NCBI GenBank assembly: GCA_043806035.1
Contig: JAZDHK010000026.1
Span: 1 to 51,270, forward strand
Source of the DNA: an archaeon
GTDB taxonomy: Archaea > Nanobdellota > Nanobdellia > Woesearchaeales > UBA9642
Direction: 5' to 3'
Length of the DNA stretch: 51,270 bases
Shown here: positions 35,605 through 46,135 of the stretch, piece after piece
How the letters are laid out: each line of letters starts with the position of its first letter
Position numbering within the stretch: the first letter of the stretch is position 1
The notes under the pieces: model-generated
Told to the model about the DNA's origin: nothing
Database searches by the model: none
What the model saw: only the letters and a program-made list of their open reading frames with translations
Program-made: the position numbers and the translations under genes

Positions 35605-38600
35605 TTATTTCTTGTTCTTCTTGTAGATGATGAAGCCAACGATTAGCAGCACCAACACAATAAGTCCTATCCAGAGCACTGCGCTGCTTCCCGCCTGCGA
35701 CTCTACTATCTGTTCAGGAGTCGGAGGAGTTTCTCCAGCAGTCGTCACTTCTTCCTGACCAGTTTCAGGCTCTGCCTGTTGCTCCACCTGTTCAGGCTCT
35801 ACTTGCTCTTCAACAGGCGTCTCGACAGGAGGGCTTGACTTCGTGCCTATGGCAAAGTAGCTGAAGCCAGGAGTCGTCGCCTTGTAGTACACCTTGGCCG
35901 TATCCGCACTTGCCACTGATGTTGACAGTTCTGTCCACTTGTTGTCAACAAACCGGTACAGTTTTACTTGGTCCTGCGTTGCACTATTATCCGTCAGCCA
36001 CTGCTTGGTTACACTGAATTCAATCAGCGCAGACTTCAGGTTTGCAGACTGGATATTTTCGGCAGTCAACGTGAAGTACTTGTACGAGCCCGCTTTCGTA
36101 GGCACTGACGTTGGCAAAGTAGCCACCTCATCATACGTCAATCTGACATTCTGCGCAGCCGCGTTCAAGACAAAAGTCACCTGCTCAAGCACCGCAGCAG
36201 CCGTCCCCGTCAAATACTGGTTCGTATTCGCAGTGACGGTCGTGTAGACATTCGACACTCTTGTCGTGCTCGTGCTCGAAGACGTCGTCCCGCCACCACC
36301 AGAAGAGGTGGAGCATTCCTCCGTATCCGTATCAGTCTCATCACCGCCATTATAACACGTCCTCGTTCCTGTCCTGGAACGCTCGCCGCCGCTGCAGCTT
36401 CCCCAGCTGCCATACGTGAAGATGTCCGAGCACGTCGCAGAAGATACATTCACTTCTGAGGAGACATAGCTCGTGTTCACATTCCCTGCCCTGTCCTTGC
36501 TGGCAAGCACAAAATAATATGTTGTTCCCGCAACAAGCCCTGTCGTCACTTTGAACCCTGTCGTCGCTTTAGGAATGGTGCTGTTGAGAGCGGTTGCCGT
36601 GTCAGACGTATTGATGGACGTGGTGTTCTTGTACAGCACATAATAGTACGTGTCGTCACTTGGATCGACCGTCCAGTTCAGCGTTATCGAACCGTCAGTA
36701 CCTGCAGATATGTTCACACCCGAGACGTTGCTGTTCGGCTCTGTCGTGTCCAGAGTGAAGTTGCCTACTTCGCTGTTGTACGTGTTTGTCGTCGTGTCTA
36801 AGCAGGAGACGTTCCACGTGTAATAGCCCTCAGTCATGGTATCGTTTGTCCAATTATAGGTGGTGCTGACGTTGTCGAGGTCGCTGTCATTTGCTGCGAA
36901 CGTGTCATTGACGTATAAGCTGCAATTGACAGGAAGGTTCGTGTCGTTCACCGTCCAGTTGAAGTTGATGTTGGACTCGTTCAAGTACGCATCGCTGCTC
37001 GGGTAGTTCAACGTTATGCTGGTCGCCATTTCGTCAACGATGAAGGAGAGCGTCGAAGAAGCGTTCTCATAGTTAAAGATGTCCGTGCAGTTCACGCTCC
37101 AGTTGTGCGAGCCTTCAGAGAACCCAGCGACCGTCGCGTTTGTATCAGATGTCGTCAGATTTTCCACGTCATCAATAGTCAAAATGCAACTTGCCACAGA
37201 GCTCGCAATGTCCGTTGCCGTCCAGTCAAAGGAAACACTGGTGCCTTCAACCACCGCTGCGCTTGCAGGGGTCACTTGCGTGACTGCAGGAGCTAGCGTG
37301 TCAACCGTGACATTGGTGACGTTCACCGCAGCTGATTGTCCTGACAGGTCGTACGTCGTCGCCATGATTCTCATAACGCCATCCTGTCCCGTGTCCAGGC
37401 TTATGATGAAATCATCATCAGTAGTATTGACGTCGCTGGAAATCAGCGTGTCGCTGCTGTTAAAGATGGACACATTCGTGTAGTTCCTGTTCGTATCAGT
37501 TACATTCACCGTTATGTTAATCGTTCGTGATGTGCTGTTGCTGTTGCTTGCAGGACTGTCGATGGAAACGGTCGGCGCAGTCGTATCGACGGTGAAGGAA
37601 ACGGTCTCCGGCGTTTCTGTATTATTCAGCGTGTCGTTCGCGTAGAAGACAAACGTGTATGCGGTGTCTGCTGCCAAGGTCAACGTTACCGTATAGTTGT
37701 CATCCTGAACAGGCGTGCTGTTCGCCGTGCCGTTATCATACCAAATGTAGTCAACGTTCGAGTGGGTGTCAACAGCGGTGAAATTCACCACAACACTCGT
37801 ATTGGTATAAAAGTAGCTGTCAACCGGACTGACGACAGTTATCGTGGGACCGGTCGTGTCCACCGTAATATTGCTCACCAATGCAGTGGTTGAATAACGC
37901 GAGGCATTATCGTACGCAACAGCAGTGATATTGTACACTTCATCCGCAGGCACAACCCACACTAGCTCATACGTGCCATTCGTACTACTGTTCGTACTAT
38001 TGATAACACCGCCAGAACTATTCACGACAGTAACCGTCGTATAGTTCAAGTTCGTATCATCAACTGTCACATTGAACGTCAACGTCATGCTCGCCTGAGC
38101 AGTATCACTCGACAACACACCCAACGACACCGTAGGATCCGTCTCGTCAACGATGAACGTCCTCGATATTGGCGTCGAGGGATTGCCTAACGTATCATTT
38201 CCATAGAAGATAAACGTATACGATCCATCAGTCAACGTGTACGCTGTATCAACAGGAGAAGCAACACCCGTCGTGTTATCACCAGTATCATTCGTATACC
38301 AAATCGCCTCAACACCAACACCTGTGTCAACAGCGCTGAAATTCACATCAACACTGCCCGTATCATAATAACCCGCAACAGGACTATCAACCGTCAACAC
38401 TGGACCCGTCATATCAACCGTGATGTTCGTGACGGTGTCATTGCCCATCAGCCCTGCAAGGTCATACGTTGTCGCAACAAGATAATACACATCATCAGCA
38501 GGAGCAGTCAACGTCATGGCAAAATCAGTGTCCGTCGTGTTCACAACAGAATCAACCAAGTCATCTGTGCTATTATAGATAGACACATTCGTGTAGTTCA

Positions 38601-39327
38601 AATTATCCTCAGTGACATTCACCACGAAAGACACCGTCAAAGACGCCTGAGGAGTATCACTCGCCGGACTGGCAATCGACACGGTAGGGGGAGCTGCATC
38701 AACCGTGAACGTCACCTCTTCGGGAGCTTCCTCATTGCCAAGCGAATCATTCGCCCAGAATGAATATGTGTACGTGCCATCTTCCAACATGCGATAGTTG
38801 GTGTAGCTGCTGCCCGACACGGACCAGTTGCTTGTCTCGTTGTCAAACCAGACCATGTCAACACTAGAGTACACGTCTGAAGCGGAGAAGTTGATGGTGA
38901 CGTTGCTGTCACCATAATAATAGCCATCTGCCGGACTCACCACAGTCACTGTAGGACCGGTCGTGTCAATAGTGATATTCCATGCAGGGTCAGGGCTCTG
39001 TACTATCCCGTCATCATCCGTGCAGTTCACATACCAGAGGTAGGATCCATCGTCAAGAGTATCGTTTGCCGTAAGGGTGCTGAGCGTGTCATTCACAACA
39101 GAATCATTCGTTCCGTAGGGTGTTTCGTTAATGTAGAGTGTACAGAGTATGTCCGTTGCATTCACGTCGCTCGTCGCGTTGAATGTGAAATCAGGCATGT
39201 TATCATTTGTGACTGTTTCATCCGGTGGGCTGTTGCCTCCCGCATCGAAAGTTATCGTTGCATAGACGCCGATTGCGGCAACGACAAGAACGGTGAACAG
39301 CAGAAATATTTTGTAACTCACTTTCAT
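35605..39327 (-). CDS. Large cell-surface/S-layer-associated glycoprotein with Ig-like repeats and PGF-pre-PGF domain
   Basis: Signal peptide; repeated VD...PTV.I.SP / AND..GN Ig-like units; many N-x-S/T sequons; TSSGGGG linker; YKATTPGFSYFAIG; C-terminal TM and basic tail. Confidence 0.9.
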   Translation of the reverse strand: MKVSYKIFLLFTVLVVAAIGVYATITFDAGGNSPPDETVTNDNMPDFTFNATSDVNATDILCTLYINETPYGTNDSVVNDTLSTLTANDTLDDGSYLWYVNCTDDDGIVQSPDPAWNITIDTTGPTVTVVSPADGYYYGDSNVTINFSASDVYSSVDMVWFDNETSNWSVSGSSYTNYRMLEDGTYTYSFWANDSLGNEEAPEEVTFTVDAAPPTVSIASPASDTPQASLTVSFVVNVTEDNLNYTNVSIYNSTDDLVDSVVNTTDTDFAMTLTAPADDVYYLVATTYDLAGLMGNDTVTNITVDMTGPVLTVDSPVAGYYDTGSVDVNFSAVDTGVGVEAIWYTNDTGDNTTGVASPVDTAYTLTDGSYTFIFYGNDTLGNPSTPISRTFIVDETDPTVSLGVLSSDTAQASMTLTFNVTVDDTNLNYTTVTVVNSSGGVINSTNSSTNGTYELVWVVPADEVYNITAVAYDNASRYSTTALVSNITVDTTGPTITVVSPVDSYFYTNTSVVVNFTAVDTHSNVDYIWYDNGTANSTPVQDDNYTVTLTLAADTAYTFVFYANDTLNNTETPETVSFTVDTTAPTVSIDSPASNSNSTSRTINITVNVTDTNRNYTNVSIFNSSDTLISSDVNTTDDDFIISLDTGQDGVMRIMATTYDLSGQSAAVNVTNVTVDTLAPAVTQVTPASAAVVEGTSVSFDWTATDIASSVASCILTIDDVENLTTSDTNATVAGFSEGSHNWSVNCTDIFNYENASSTLSFIVDEMATSITLNYPSSDAYLNESNINFNWTVNDTNLPVNCSLYVNDTFAANDSDLDNVSTTYNWTNDTMTEGYYTWNVSCLDTTTNTYNSEVGNFTLDTTEPNSNVSGVNISAGTDGSITLNWTVDPSDDTYYYVLYKNTTSINTSDTATALNSTIPKATTGFKVTTGLVAGTTYYFVLASKDRAGNVNTSYVSSEVNVSSATCSDIFTYGSWGSCSGGERSRTGTRTCYNGGDETDTDTEECSTSSGGGGTTSSSTSTTRVSNVYTTVTANTNQYLTGTAAAVLEQVTFVLNAAAQNVRLTYDEVATLPTSVPTKAGSYKYFTLTAENIQSANLKSALIEFSVTKQWLTDNSATQDQVKLYRFVDNKWTELSTSVASADTAKVYYKATTPGFSYFAIGTKSSPPVETPVEEQVEPEQVEQQAEPETGQEEVTTAGETPPTPEQIVESQAGSSAVLWIGLIVLVLLIVGFIIYKKNKK

Positions 39328-39434
39328 AAACACACCCCTGAATACTCTTTACAGCAACCCTGCCCTAAATGGTTTATATAGTTTGCGCTTATTGGTCAAA
39401 AAGAAGTTTTCACCAGTTAGTGAAGTGCACACAG

Positions 39435-39764
39435 TTAAAATGTGAATACGTGCGCTGCCTTACCGATGAGGGGCAGTTTCTTCTTGTTCATGTTCAGCCC
39501 GTTGATCAGTCCTATGATGAGAAAGACGACAGGCACATAACCGAGAAGCAAGAATGTCGCATTAAAGAGGGGAATCCATCCAAGCACGGTCTTGCACACA
39601 TCCAATGCAGCTGCCCAGATGAGCGAGAACAGCAGGAAGACCAGGCCTTGCTTGACGTGAAACTTGACAAGAGGGTTCTTGTGCATGTTCTTGTCCAGGA
39701 AGAACCAAACAATCCCGATGATGACATAGCTCAGCGCGCAGCACAGTGCAGATTCCTTCTTCAT
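39435..39764 (-). CDS. DUF4870-like small membrane protein
   Basis: LSY...VKFHVKQGL...IIGLING..KKLPLIG. Confidence 0.8.
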   Translation of the reverse strand: MKKESALCCALSYVIIGIVWFFLDKNMHKNPLVKFHVKQGLVFLLFSLIWAAALDVCKTVLGWIPLFNATFLLLGYVPVVFLIIGLINGLNMNKKKLPLIGKAAHVFTF

Positions 39765-41176
39765 TGTCCCTCCTCCACCACATCAGGGTAGTTGCCGTCG
39801 AAGCATGCGTAGCACATGCCTCCGTTCGCCCACTCGTGAGCGAGCTTGTCCAGCTCTGACCAGGGTAGATATGCCAGCGTGTCCGCTCCTATATATTCTC
39901 TGATCTTGTCTTCAGAGCCAAGCTGGTTGAAGATGAGTTCTTTTTTTGTGGGGAAATTGATGCCGAAAAAGCACGGGAACTTGTGCGGCGGGCAGCTCAC
40001 CCGAAAATGAATTTCCTTTGCGCCTTGCTCACGCACGAACTGCACGAGATCCTTGCTTGTTGTTCCCCGAACGATGCTGTCGTCGATGATGACCACGCGC
40101 CTGTCGGCGAGCATGCCGTGCACTGGGATGAGCTTCTCGCGCACTTTCGTCGCACGAACGTCGGCAGAAGGGTCGATGAATGTCCTGCCAACGCCGCCAT
40201 AATGCCTCCTGAATATGCCTTCCTCATACGGCAGGCCGGACATTTTTGCGTAGCCCTGCGCGGCATACTTGCCAGAGTCGGGGACGGGCATGACCACGTC
40301 AGCAAAAGTCTTTCCATATGTTGCAAGGTCCTGCAGTGCAAGCCTTTCTCCAAGTTTCTGCCGGAACTGGGCGACGGGAACGTTGAACGTCTTGCTCTGC
40401 GGGCTGCTGAAATAGATCAGCTCAAAGATGCAGTGCGCACTTTTCTTTGGAGAAATTAATTGGGAATGCATGCCTTCCTGGTCAATAACTAGCAAGTCTC
40501 CCGACTGCATACCTCTTCGCTCTTGTATCTTGATCGGAAAGAGACTCTCTAGATAGTCGAACGCGCAACTTTCCGAGCTCACCACGACAGCATCTCCTGC
40601 CCTGCCGAGCGAGAGCGGCCTATTCCCCAATGGATCACGGGCAACGTACAGTTTTTCCTTGGTCATGATGAGCAGGCAGTACGAGCCGTGCAGCTGCCGA
40701 AGACCATCGACGATAGCACCTTCCAAGTTGCCCACAGCAGATTTGGCGATGAGATGACTGATCACCTCAGTATCGGTCGTGCTCTGAAAAATAGCTCCCT
40801 GCTCCTGTAAGGTTGCGCGCAGCGACCGCGCATTGCTGATGTTGCCATTATGCGCTATGGCGAACTTGCCATATCTTGAGTCGACGAGCAACGGCTGCAC
40901 GTTCTCCAATCTCGACTCGCCCGTCGTGCTGTATCGGACGTGGCCCAAGGCGATATTGCCGTGCAGGTGCTGAAAGTCCTCCTCAGAAAATGCCTTGCTG
41001 ACCATGCCGGGATGCTTCCTGCAATACACATCATGATAGTCAGCAGTGGCTATGCCCACCCCTTCCTGGCCGCGATGCTGCAATGCATGCAAGCCATAAT
41101 AGACGAGCACGGCATTGTCCAGTGATGGATGGAGCTGCCCATACACGCCGAAAAGCCCACAAGATTCAGTAAACAT
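39761..41176 (-). CDS. purF: Amidophosphoribosyltransferase
   Basis: ESCGLFG, LQHRGQE, GHVRYSTTG, HNGN, CIFELIYF, PVPDSG, IIDDSIVRGTT, CYACF.GNYP. Confidence 0.95.
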   Translation of the reverse strand: MFTESCGLFGVYGQLHPSLDNAVLVYYGLHALQHRGQEGVGIATADYHDVYCRKHPGMVSKAFSEEDFQHLHGNIALGHVRYSTTGESRLENVQPLLVDSRYGKFAIAHNGNISNARSLRATLQEQGAIFQSTTDTEVISHLIAKSAVGNLEGAIVDGLRQLHGSYCLLIMTKEKLYVARDPLGNRPLSLGRAGDAVVVSSESCAFDYLESLFPIKIQERRGMQSGDLLVIDQEGMHSQLISPKKSAHCIFELIYFSSPQSKTFNVPVAQFRQKLGERLALQDLATYGKTFADVVMPVPDSGKYAAQGYAKMSGLPYEEGIFRRHYGGVGRTFIDPSADVRATKVREKLIPVHGMLADRRVVIIDDSIVRGTTSKDLVQFVREQGAKEIHFRVSCPPHKFPCFFGINFPTKKELIFNQLGSEDKIREYIGADTLAYLPWSELDKLAHEWANGGMCYACFDGNYPDVVEEGQ

Positions 41177-41269
41177 ACTCACCCTCAATTTGAGAAGAAG
41201 GAGAGGCGCTTAAAAACTTTTTGAAAACATTTAAGAAGCATGCCTGCCCAGGAATGCAGAGAGGTGAGC

Positions 41270-43120
41270 ATGGGCAACGCAAGACCAGCAGCGGCACGTT
41301 CTGCACGAGTGCATGCACTAGTGCTCTGCTTCCTGCTGTGCATCCCTGCCGTGCTTGCCGCGAATCCTGTCATCAGAAGCACCCCTCCCGCTCGAGGGGC
41401 TCCCAACGTGCTCTACCAGTATCAGGTCAATGCGACGGATGCGGACAACGACACGCTCACGTATCAGCTGGACGGGCCCTTTGGAGCGAGCATCTCGTCC
41501 ACAGGGCTGCTGACGTGGACGCCCATCGCCGACCAGCGAGGGACGCACAACTTCACCATCACCGTCAGCGATGGGACAGAACAGGCAGTGCAACGATTCT
41601 CCGTGTCCATACAGTTCAACAGTCCCCCTCAAATAAGCAACATTCCCGGCAAAGAAATCAATGAATTGGACACGCTCACCTTCACCATCTCCGCGACAGA
41701 CCAAGACAATGACGCCCTCGCATTCTACGCCAGCGACCTCCCCGAGGGCAGCACGTTCTCCAACAAAAAATTCACGTGGATACCGACGCAAGAGCAGGCA
41801 GGCACGTACACTACGACCTTTTTTGTGACGGACGGCATCTTCACCGACAGCGACAGCGTCACGATTACAGTCAATGACGTTACCGGACAGCTCCTGCTCG
41901 ACATCATCCCTGACAAGGTAGTGAAGGCAGGCGAGCCGCTCACGTTTTCCGTCAGCGCAGCGCAATTCTACCAGCAAGAGACATTGCTGTTCACGGCAAG
42001 CAGACTCCCACAAGGAGCAGTGTTCAATGGGACGACAAAAACCTTCTTCTGGACACCGACTGCTGCGCAGAAGGGCATCTATCAATTGAAATTCTCAGTG
42101 ACAGATAGGGAAACTGTCGTGAGCCAGTACATGACCATCACCGTCAAGGTCCCTCAGGACATCACCATCTTTCACACCATTCCCAGCTCCAACTTCAGCC
42201 AGCTCAGCTTCATCATCGCAGATTCCCTGAACTCAACATTCACGCCCGTCTTGCATTTCCGAAGAAACAACACGGACTGGGCGATGAACCTCACCCGAGA
42301 AGAAAAGACGTACACTGCACTGCTCGCGAACAACGGCAGTATCGACTACTATATTGACTTCAGCGACGAGTTCGGCACGCACTACTACGGTGCGAAAGGC
42401 ATTGCGGACAGCCTGCAAGAAACTGGCAGCATCAGCATACGACCTCCCTTGACCAACACGACACAGAACACCACGACAAGCAACAACCTGACGAGCAACA
42501 GCACGCAAAACACGACACCACCTCAAGCACTGCCAAATCTGCGCACGCACGCACTCGCTGCCGAGAGGAAAAACACGGCCGTCCTCGTCACCTTCACACC
42601 GAACACGACAGTTGATGAGGTGACGTTCTTCTACTCGTACGGCGATGCGTTCAATGAAGTGCCAGCAGAGAAAGAAGGAAACACGTACTATGCGTCACTG
42701 CCACTCCAAGACGAGACATTGCACTACTATGCACGCATTTCACGAAACGACAGCATATTCTATTATGGCAATGATCTCACGCAGCAACCCGTCCCGCTCA
42801 CGCTTGACCTGCCGCAGAAGGAATTCGGCATCGCCTGGACGCTGCTCATCATCCTCGCTGTCGGCATCCTGCTCATTCTCGCCACGATGGGCGTGCAGCA
42901 CAACGTGCACCATGAGGAGGACCTGCACCAGCTCATCCAGAGCCATCTCGACGCAGGCGTTCCATTCTCAACAATCGAGCGCCTTGCCAATGACCAGGGT
43001 TGGCAGCAGCCGGACATCCATCACGTGCTGCAAACGATCAACGTGCGCAAGAAAAAGCTCGCAGAGCAGCACAAGCAGCTGCACGAGCAGATAAAGGATT
43101 TTGTGCATGATGATTTCTGA
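41270..43120 (+). CDS. Membrane-anchored surface protein with cadherin/Ig-like repeats
   Basis: Signal peptide; three ATD.D.D.L...LP.G..F..F.WTP.. repeats; C-terminal TM. Confidence 0.82.
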   Translation: MGNARPAAARSARVHALVLCFLLCIPAVLAANPVIRSTPPARGAPNVLYQYQVNATDADNDTLTYQLDGPFGASISSTGLLTWTPIADQRGTHNFTITVSDGTEQAVQRFSVSIQFNSPPQISNIPGKEINELDTLTFTISATDQDNDALAFYASDLPEGSTFSNKKFTWIPTQEQAGTYTTTFFVTDGIFTDSDSVTITVNDVTGQLLLDIIPDKVVKAGEPLTFSVSAAQFYQQETLLFTASRLPQGAVFNGTTKTFFWTPTAAQKGIYQLKFSVTDRETVVSQYMTITVKVPQDITIFHTIPSSNFSQLSFIIADSLNSTFTPVLHFRRNNTDWAMNLTREEKTYTALLANNGSIDYYIDFSDEFGTHYYGAKGIADSLQETGSISIRPPLTNTTQNTTTSNNLTSNSTQNTTPPQALPNLRTHALAAERKNTAVLVTFTPNTTVDEVTFFYSYGDAFNEVPAEKEGNTYYASLPLQDETLHYYARISRNDSIFYYGNDLTQQPVPLTLDLPQKEFGIAWTLLIILAVGILLILATMGVQHNVHHEEDLHQLIQSHLDAGVPFSTIERLANDQGWQQPDIHHVLQTINVRKKKLAEQHKQLHEQIKDFVHDDF

Positions 43121-43158
43121 TTCAGAACATTTATTAATACAGGCTGAGATGAACCCAC

Positions 43159-43509
43159 ATGATCGTTTCCTACAAGCAGATCATCATCGCGCGTAAAGAT
43201 CTGAAGCTGCCACCGGGAAAACTGGCCGCACAAGTCGCCCACGCCGCCGTCCAGGCATGTTTTGCCGCAAACAAACAACTTGTCAAGAAATGGATGGACC
43301 AAGGCATGAAGAAGATCGTGCTGCAGGTGGCCACTGAACAAGAACTGCTTTCCTTTGCAAAGCAGGCAGAGGATGCAGGCATCACCACTGCAGTGATCAC
43401 GGATGCTGGGCACACGGTCGTCGCTCCTGGAACAATAACCTGTGTTGCGCTCGGCCCCGCTCCTGAAGAACACGTGGACAAGATCACGGCAGCGCTTGAC
43501 GCGTACTAG
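43159..43509 (+). CDS. pth2: Peptidyl-tRNA hydrolase 2
   Basis: KQIII.RKDL..GKLAAQVAHA, W...G.KKIVL, DAGHT..PGT.T..LGP. Confidence 0.95.
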   Translation: MIVSYKQIIIARKDLKLPPGKLAAQVAHAAVQACFAANKQLVKKWMDQGMKKIVLQVATEQELLSFAKQAEDAGITTAVITDAGHTVVAPGTITCVALGPAPEEHVDKITAALDAY

Positions 43510-43626
43510 CCCACACCCATTCTTTCTGCCCACACGTTATTTCTCGACGAGAACGCGCACGAACAACATTTTTATACCAGTGTTGCCTATATGTGGTGTA
43601 CGTGGACACATAAGGGGGTGATACAC

Positions 43627-43812
43627 GTGAAAGAAATCAAGCTTGAGGAAAAAGAAACAAAAGAAGAAACGGTAAAGAAAAAAGAAGAAAAGGATAAAGT
43701 GAAGAAGGACGAGAAAGAAGATAATGTGTACAACCATTTCGAGGAATTGTTGGAGAACGACGAAATCTCAGAGGAAGAAGAAGGATTCATGAAGGGATAC
43801 ACGGAGAAATGA
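43627..43812 (+). CDS. Small acidic/charged protein, paralog of 29510-29674
   Basis: GTG start after GGGGTGA SD; NVYNHFEELLENDEISEEEEGFMKGY. Confidence 0.72.
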   Translation: MKEIKLEEKETKEETVKKKEEKDKVKKDEKEDNVYNHFEELLENDEISEEEEGFMKGYTEK

Positions 43813-43821
43813 TGCAGTGCA

Positions 43822-44097
43822 TCACAGCATATTCTTTACTTGGTCGATGCGTTCTGCAATGTCCTGTCCTTTCTTCGTCAGTGTCAAGAGTTTGAGCCTG
43901 CCTTGCTTGTCGAAATTGACGATGCCTGCCTTCTGCATTTCCTGCAGAATTTTTACGACGTGGCTGTACGTGCAGTCCACTTGTTTTGCAAGGTTGCTTG
44001 CATACACTTCATTGTTCGCGCGCAAGAGATTAACAAGCATCATTGCCGGCTTCTCCCGGAAGAAAACATCAAAGATTTTTTTTGTCTTTTGCGCCAT
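43822..44097 (-). CDS. MarR-like winged-helix transcriptional regulator
   Basis: YASNLAKQVDCTYSHVVKILQEM..GIV..KQGRLKLLTLTKKG. Confidence 0.88.
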   Translation of the reverse strand: MAQKTKKIFDVFFREKPAMMLVNLLRANNEVYASNLAKQVDCTYSHVVKILQEMQKAGIVNFDKQGRLKLLTLTKKGQDIAERIDQVKNML

Positions 44098-44390
44098 ACA
44101 AAACAGTAATGCACACCCATTTATAAATCTATCGTTTCTAACCTATAGCTTCGGAAATATAGCATTAATCCTCTGCAAGTAGTATTTTCAAAGAATAGCA
44201 GCAGCACACAATCCTGCTGATGATGCACCGACCCTGTCCAACGACTATGAACGAAACAGCACTCATGATTTAAATAGTTTACGAAAAAAGCGAATTTTAC
44301 GACGAGAAAACACAATGCAAAAAACACGCACAACGCACAGCACCATATAAAAAAAACAAAACATAAATAGTCCACAACCGAAGAGCATGC

Positions 44391-44987
44391 ATGCAGTACG
44401 TCCAAGCGCAGCTCAAGCAGAGCAAACTTACGCTCGAGCCAAACAAAGGAAAAATCCTGCTCGGCAAAATCATCACCCTGCTCGCCTATTACATTATCAT
44501 TGCCGTACTGCTCATCGTCCTGCAACTGTCCGTCGGGCTCGACGTGTTCAAGGACATCTTCACCATCTTTGGAATAACGAATCCTGAACAATTGCTACTC
44601 TACGCACTGCTCGGATTCGGGGCAATCTTCCTCTTCATCAGCCTCATCACGTACGCGCTCATCAGCGGCCTGCGCTATGACGTGCTACAGGATAAGATCA
44701 TCCATTACAAACTACAATTGCTCTTTCTCGTGCCAACAGAGATCCCCTACCGGAACATCACCCGGATCATCCTGCAGGACAAAGGCCTGGAAAAATTGCT
44801 CGGCAGCGGCAGCATCATCCTCGAGCTGACGGGCATGAAGCAGACAAGCGTGGAATTGCAGTTCCTGGATAACAGGCAGCAAATCGCGACGTACTTGCAG
44901 GAAACGCTCGACATGTACAAGGCAGCACGGCAGCTGCAGTATGCAGAGAATGAGAAGATAGAACGCATCCTCAGCGGTCAGCACTGA
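44391..44987 (+). CDS. Membrane protein with bacterial PH-like domain
   Basis: Two TM helices, then EIPYRNI...QDKGLEKLLGSGSIILE pattern. Confidence 0.7.
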   Translation: MQYVQAQLKQSKLTLEPNKGKILLGKIITLLAYYIIIAVLLIVLQLSVGLDVFKDIFTIFGITNPEQLLLYALLGFGAIFLFISLITYALISGLRYDVLQDKIIHYKLQLLFLVPTEIPYRNITRIILQDKGLEKLLGSGSIILELTGMKQTSVELQFLDNRQQIATYLQETLDMYKAARQLQYAENEKIERILSGQH

Positions 44988-45363
44988 AATAACGCTCTGC
45001 GAGATCTTGCACGCCAGGTGTGCAACGCAATTGCCGTATCTCTTCCAATGAATAAAATGCTCCCCTCTGTCCTTCACGCACCACCAGGTTATCGATGGCA
45101 TTATCGACCTTTCCATACGCGAACACTACATATCCATCGAAGATGAACCTGCCTAAAAAGAAAGGATCGACCAGGTCATACGCCAACTCTTCCTTAATCT
45201 CGCGTAGTAAGCCCGTGAGCGGATTCTCTCCTTCATCGAGATGTCCCCCGAACGTTCCCCACAATCCTGGTCCGTAGATGCCTGGCTTATCATCACGCAA
45301 TTGCAAGAACAGCTTGTTGTTCTTTTCCAGCAAGAGCGCACACGTAGCAATCATCGGCATCAC
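44971..45363 (-). CDS. Nudix hydrolase
   Basis: LQLRDDKPGI.PG.W..FGGHLDEGE...LLREIKEEL Nudix box. Confidence 0.9.
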   Translation of the reverse strand: MMPMIATCALLLEKNNKLFLQLRDDKPGIYGPGLWGTFGGHLDEGENPLTGLLREIKEELAYDLVDPFFLGRFIFDGYVVFAYGKVDNAIDNLVVREGQRGAFYSLEEIRQLRCTPGVQDLAERYFSADR

Positions 45364-45372
45364 CTAACCATC

Positions 45373-46131
45373 TCACAAGTCTGCACGAGCATTTGCGGGC
45401 AGTACCTTGCTCACCGCATCAATCTCGACGTGGAGGAATCGTGCGATCTTACGTGCGAGTTGTCCGGGAACATCAGCACTCTGCTTAAGCTGCACTTCAC
45501 GGGAGCAGTGCCTCTTGACTGCCACCATCGGCCCGAGCATCACACCCCACTTCTCAGAGACGCCTATTGCAAGATCCATGGGTGCAGTCACATAGTTTCT
45601 TTTTCCATACACCATGAAACTGCCTTTGGTGATGTACTCGCCCGCTTTCGTCTCTTTCGTCACTTGGTCGGGCAGCACCCAATACACTTCTGCCTCGCCC
45701 AACTCTTTCTTCCACGCCCTGCTCAGACTTGCTGTGAACGACGACGCCTCTGCAATGGTTTGTTCTGGCGCAGACTGCCCTTTCTTCACGAGCACGAAGG
45801 GGCTGCCAGGCATGTCCGTGTGGAAGATGATGTCTTGTTTTTCCAGCTGCTTCTTCACCAGCCGCTCGTTCGTGTCGGCATCCTTGCCCGCAAGGACGAG
45901 AAATCCGTCGCTCGAATAGAACCAGCGGAATGCATGATACCACTCCCTCCTGAACGTGCGCTGCTGTTGTGTTGCTGCACGTTCTTTCTCGAGCAGCCGC
46001 TCCTTCGCCAGGGCAATGGTTTTGTCAACACCCTCCAGTTTCTTTCTTGCCTTCTTCGCCTTTTCAAAATAGGCTGCAGCATTCTCCTCGACGGATTTAC
46101 GGATGTCCAGAACGACACGCACCACAATCAC
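45373..46131 (-). CDS. NFACT RNA-binding domain protein (short Rqc2/NEMF-like, C-terminal modules only)
   Basis: SVEENAAAYFEKAKK, WYHAFRWF.SSDGFLV.AGKDA..NE.LVKK, HTD..GSP, GEYITKGSFMVYGKRNY. Confidence 0.88.
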   Translation of the reverse strand: MIVVRVVLDIRKSVEENAAAYFEKAKKARKKLEGVDKTIALAKERLLEKERAATQQQRTFRREWYHAFRWFYSSDGFLVLAGKDADTNERLVKKQLEKQDIIFHTDMPGSPFVLVKKGQSAPEQTIAEASSFTASLSRAWKKELGEAEVYWVLPDQVTKETKAGEYITKGSFMVYGKRNYVTAPMDLAIGVSEKWGVMLGPMVAVKRHCSREVQLKQSADVPGQLARKIARFLHVEIDAVSKVLPANARADL

Positions 46132-46135
46132 TCCA

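Noticed and set aside
36700-39000. Internal repeats in the large surface-protein gene as a repeat array
   Set aside because: Degenerate in-frame Ig-like domain repeats, ordinary for such proteins.
44210-44265. CTGATGA...GAAAC resembling a hammerhead ribozyme or C/D box sRNA
   Set aside because: Stem II cannot form convincingly and no D box (CTGA) follows the putative C box.
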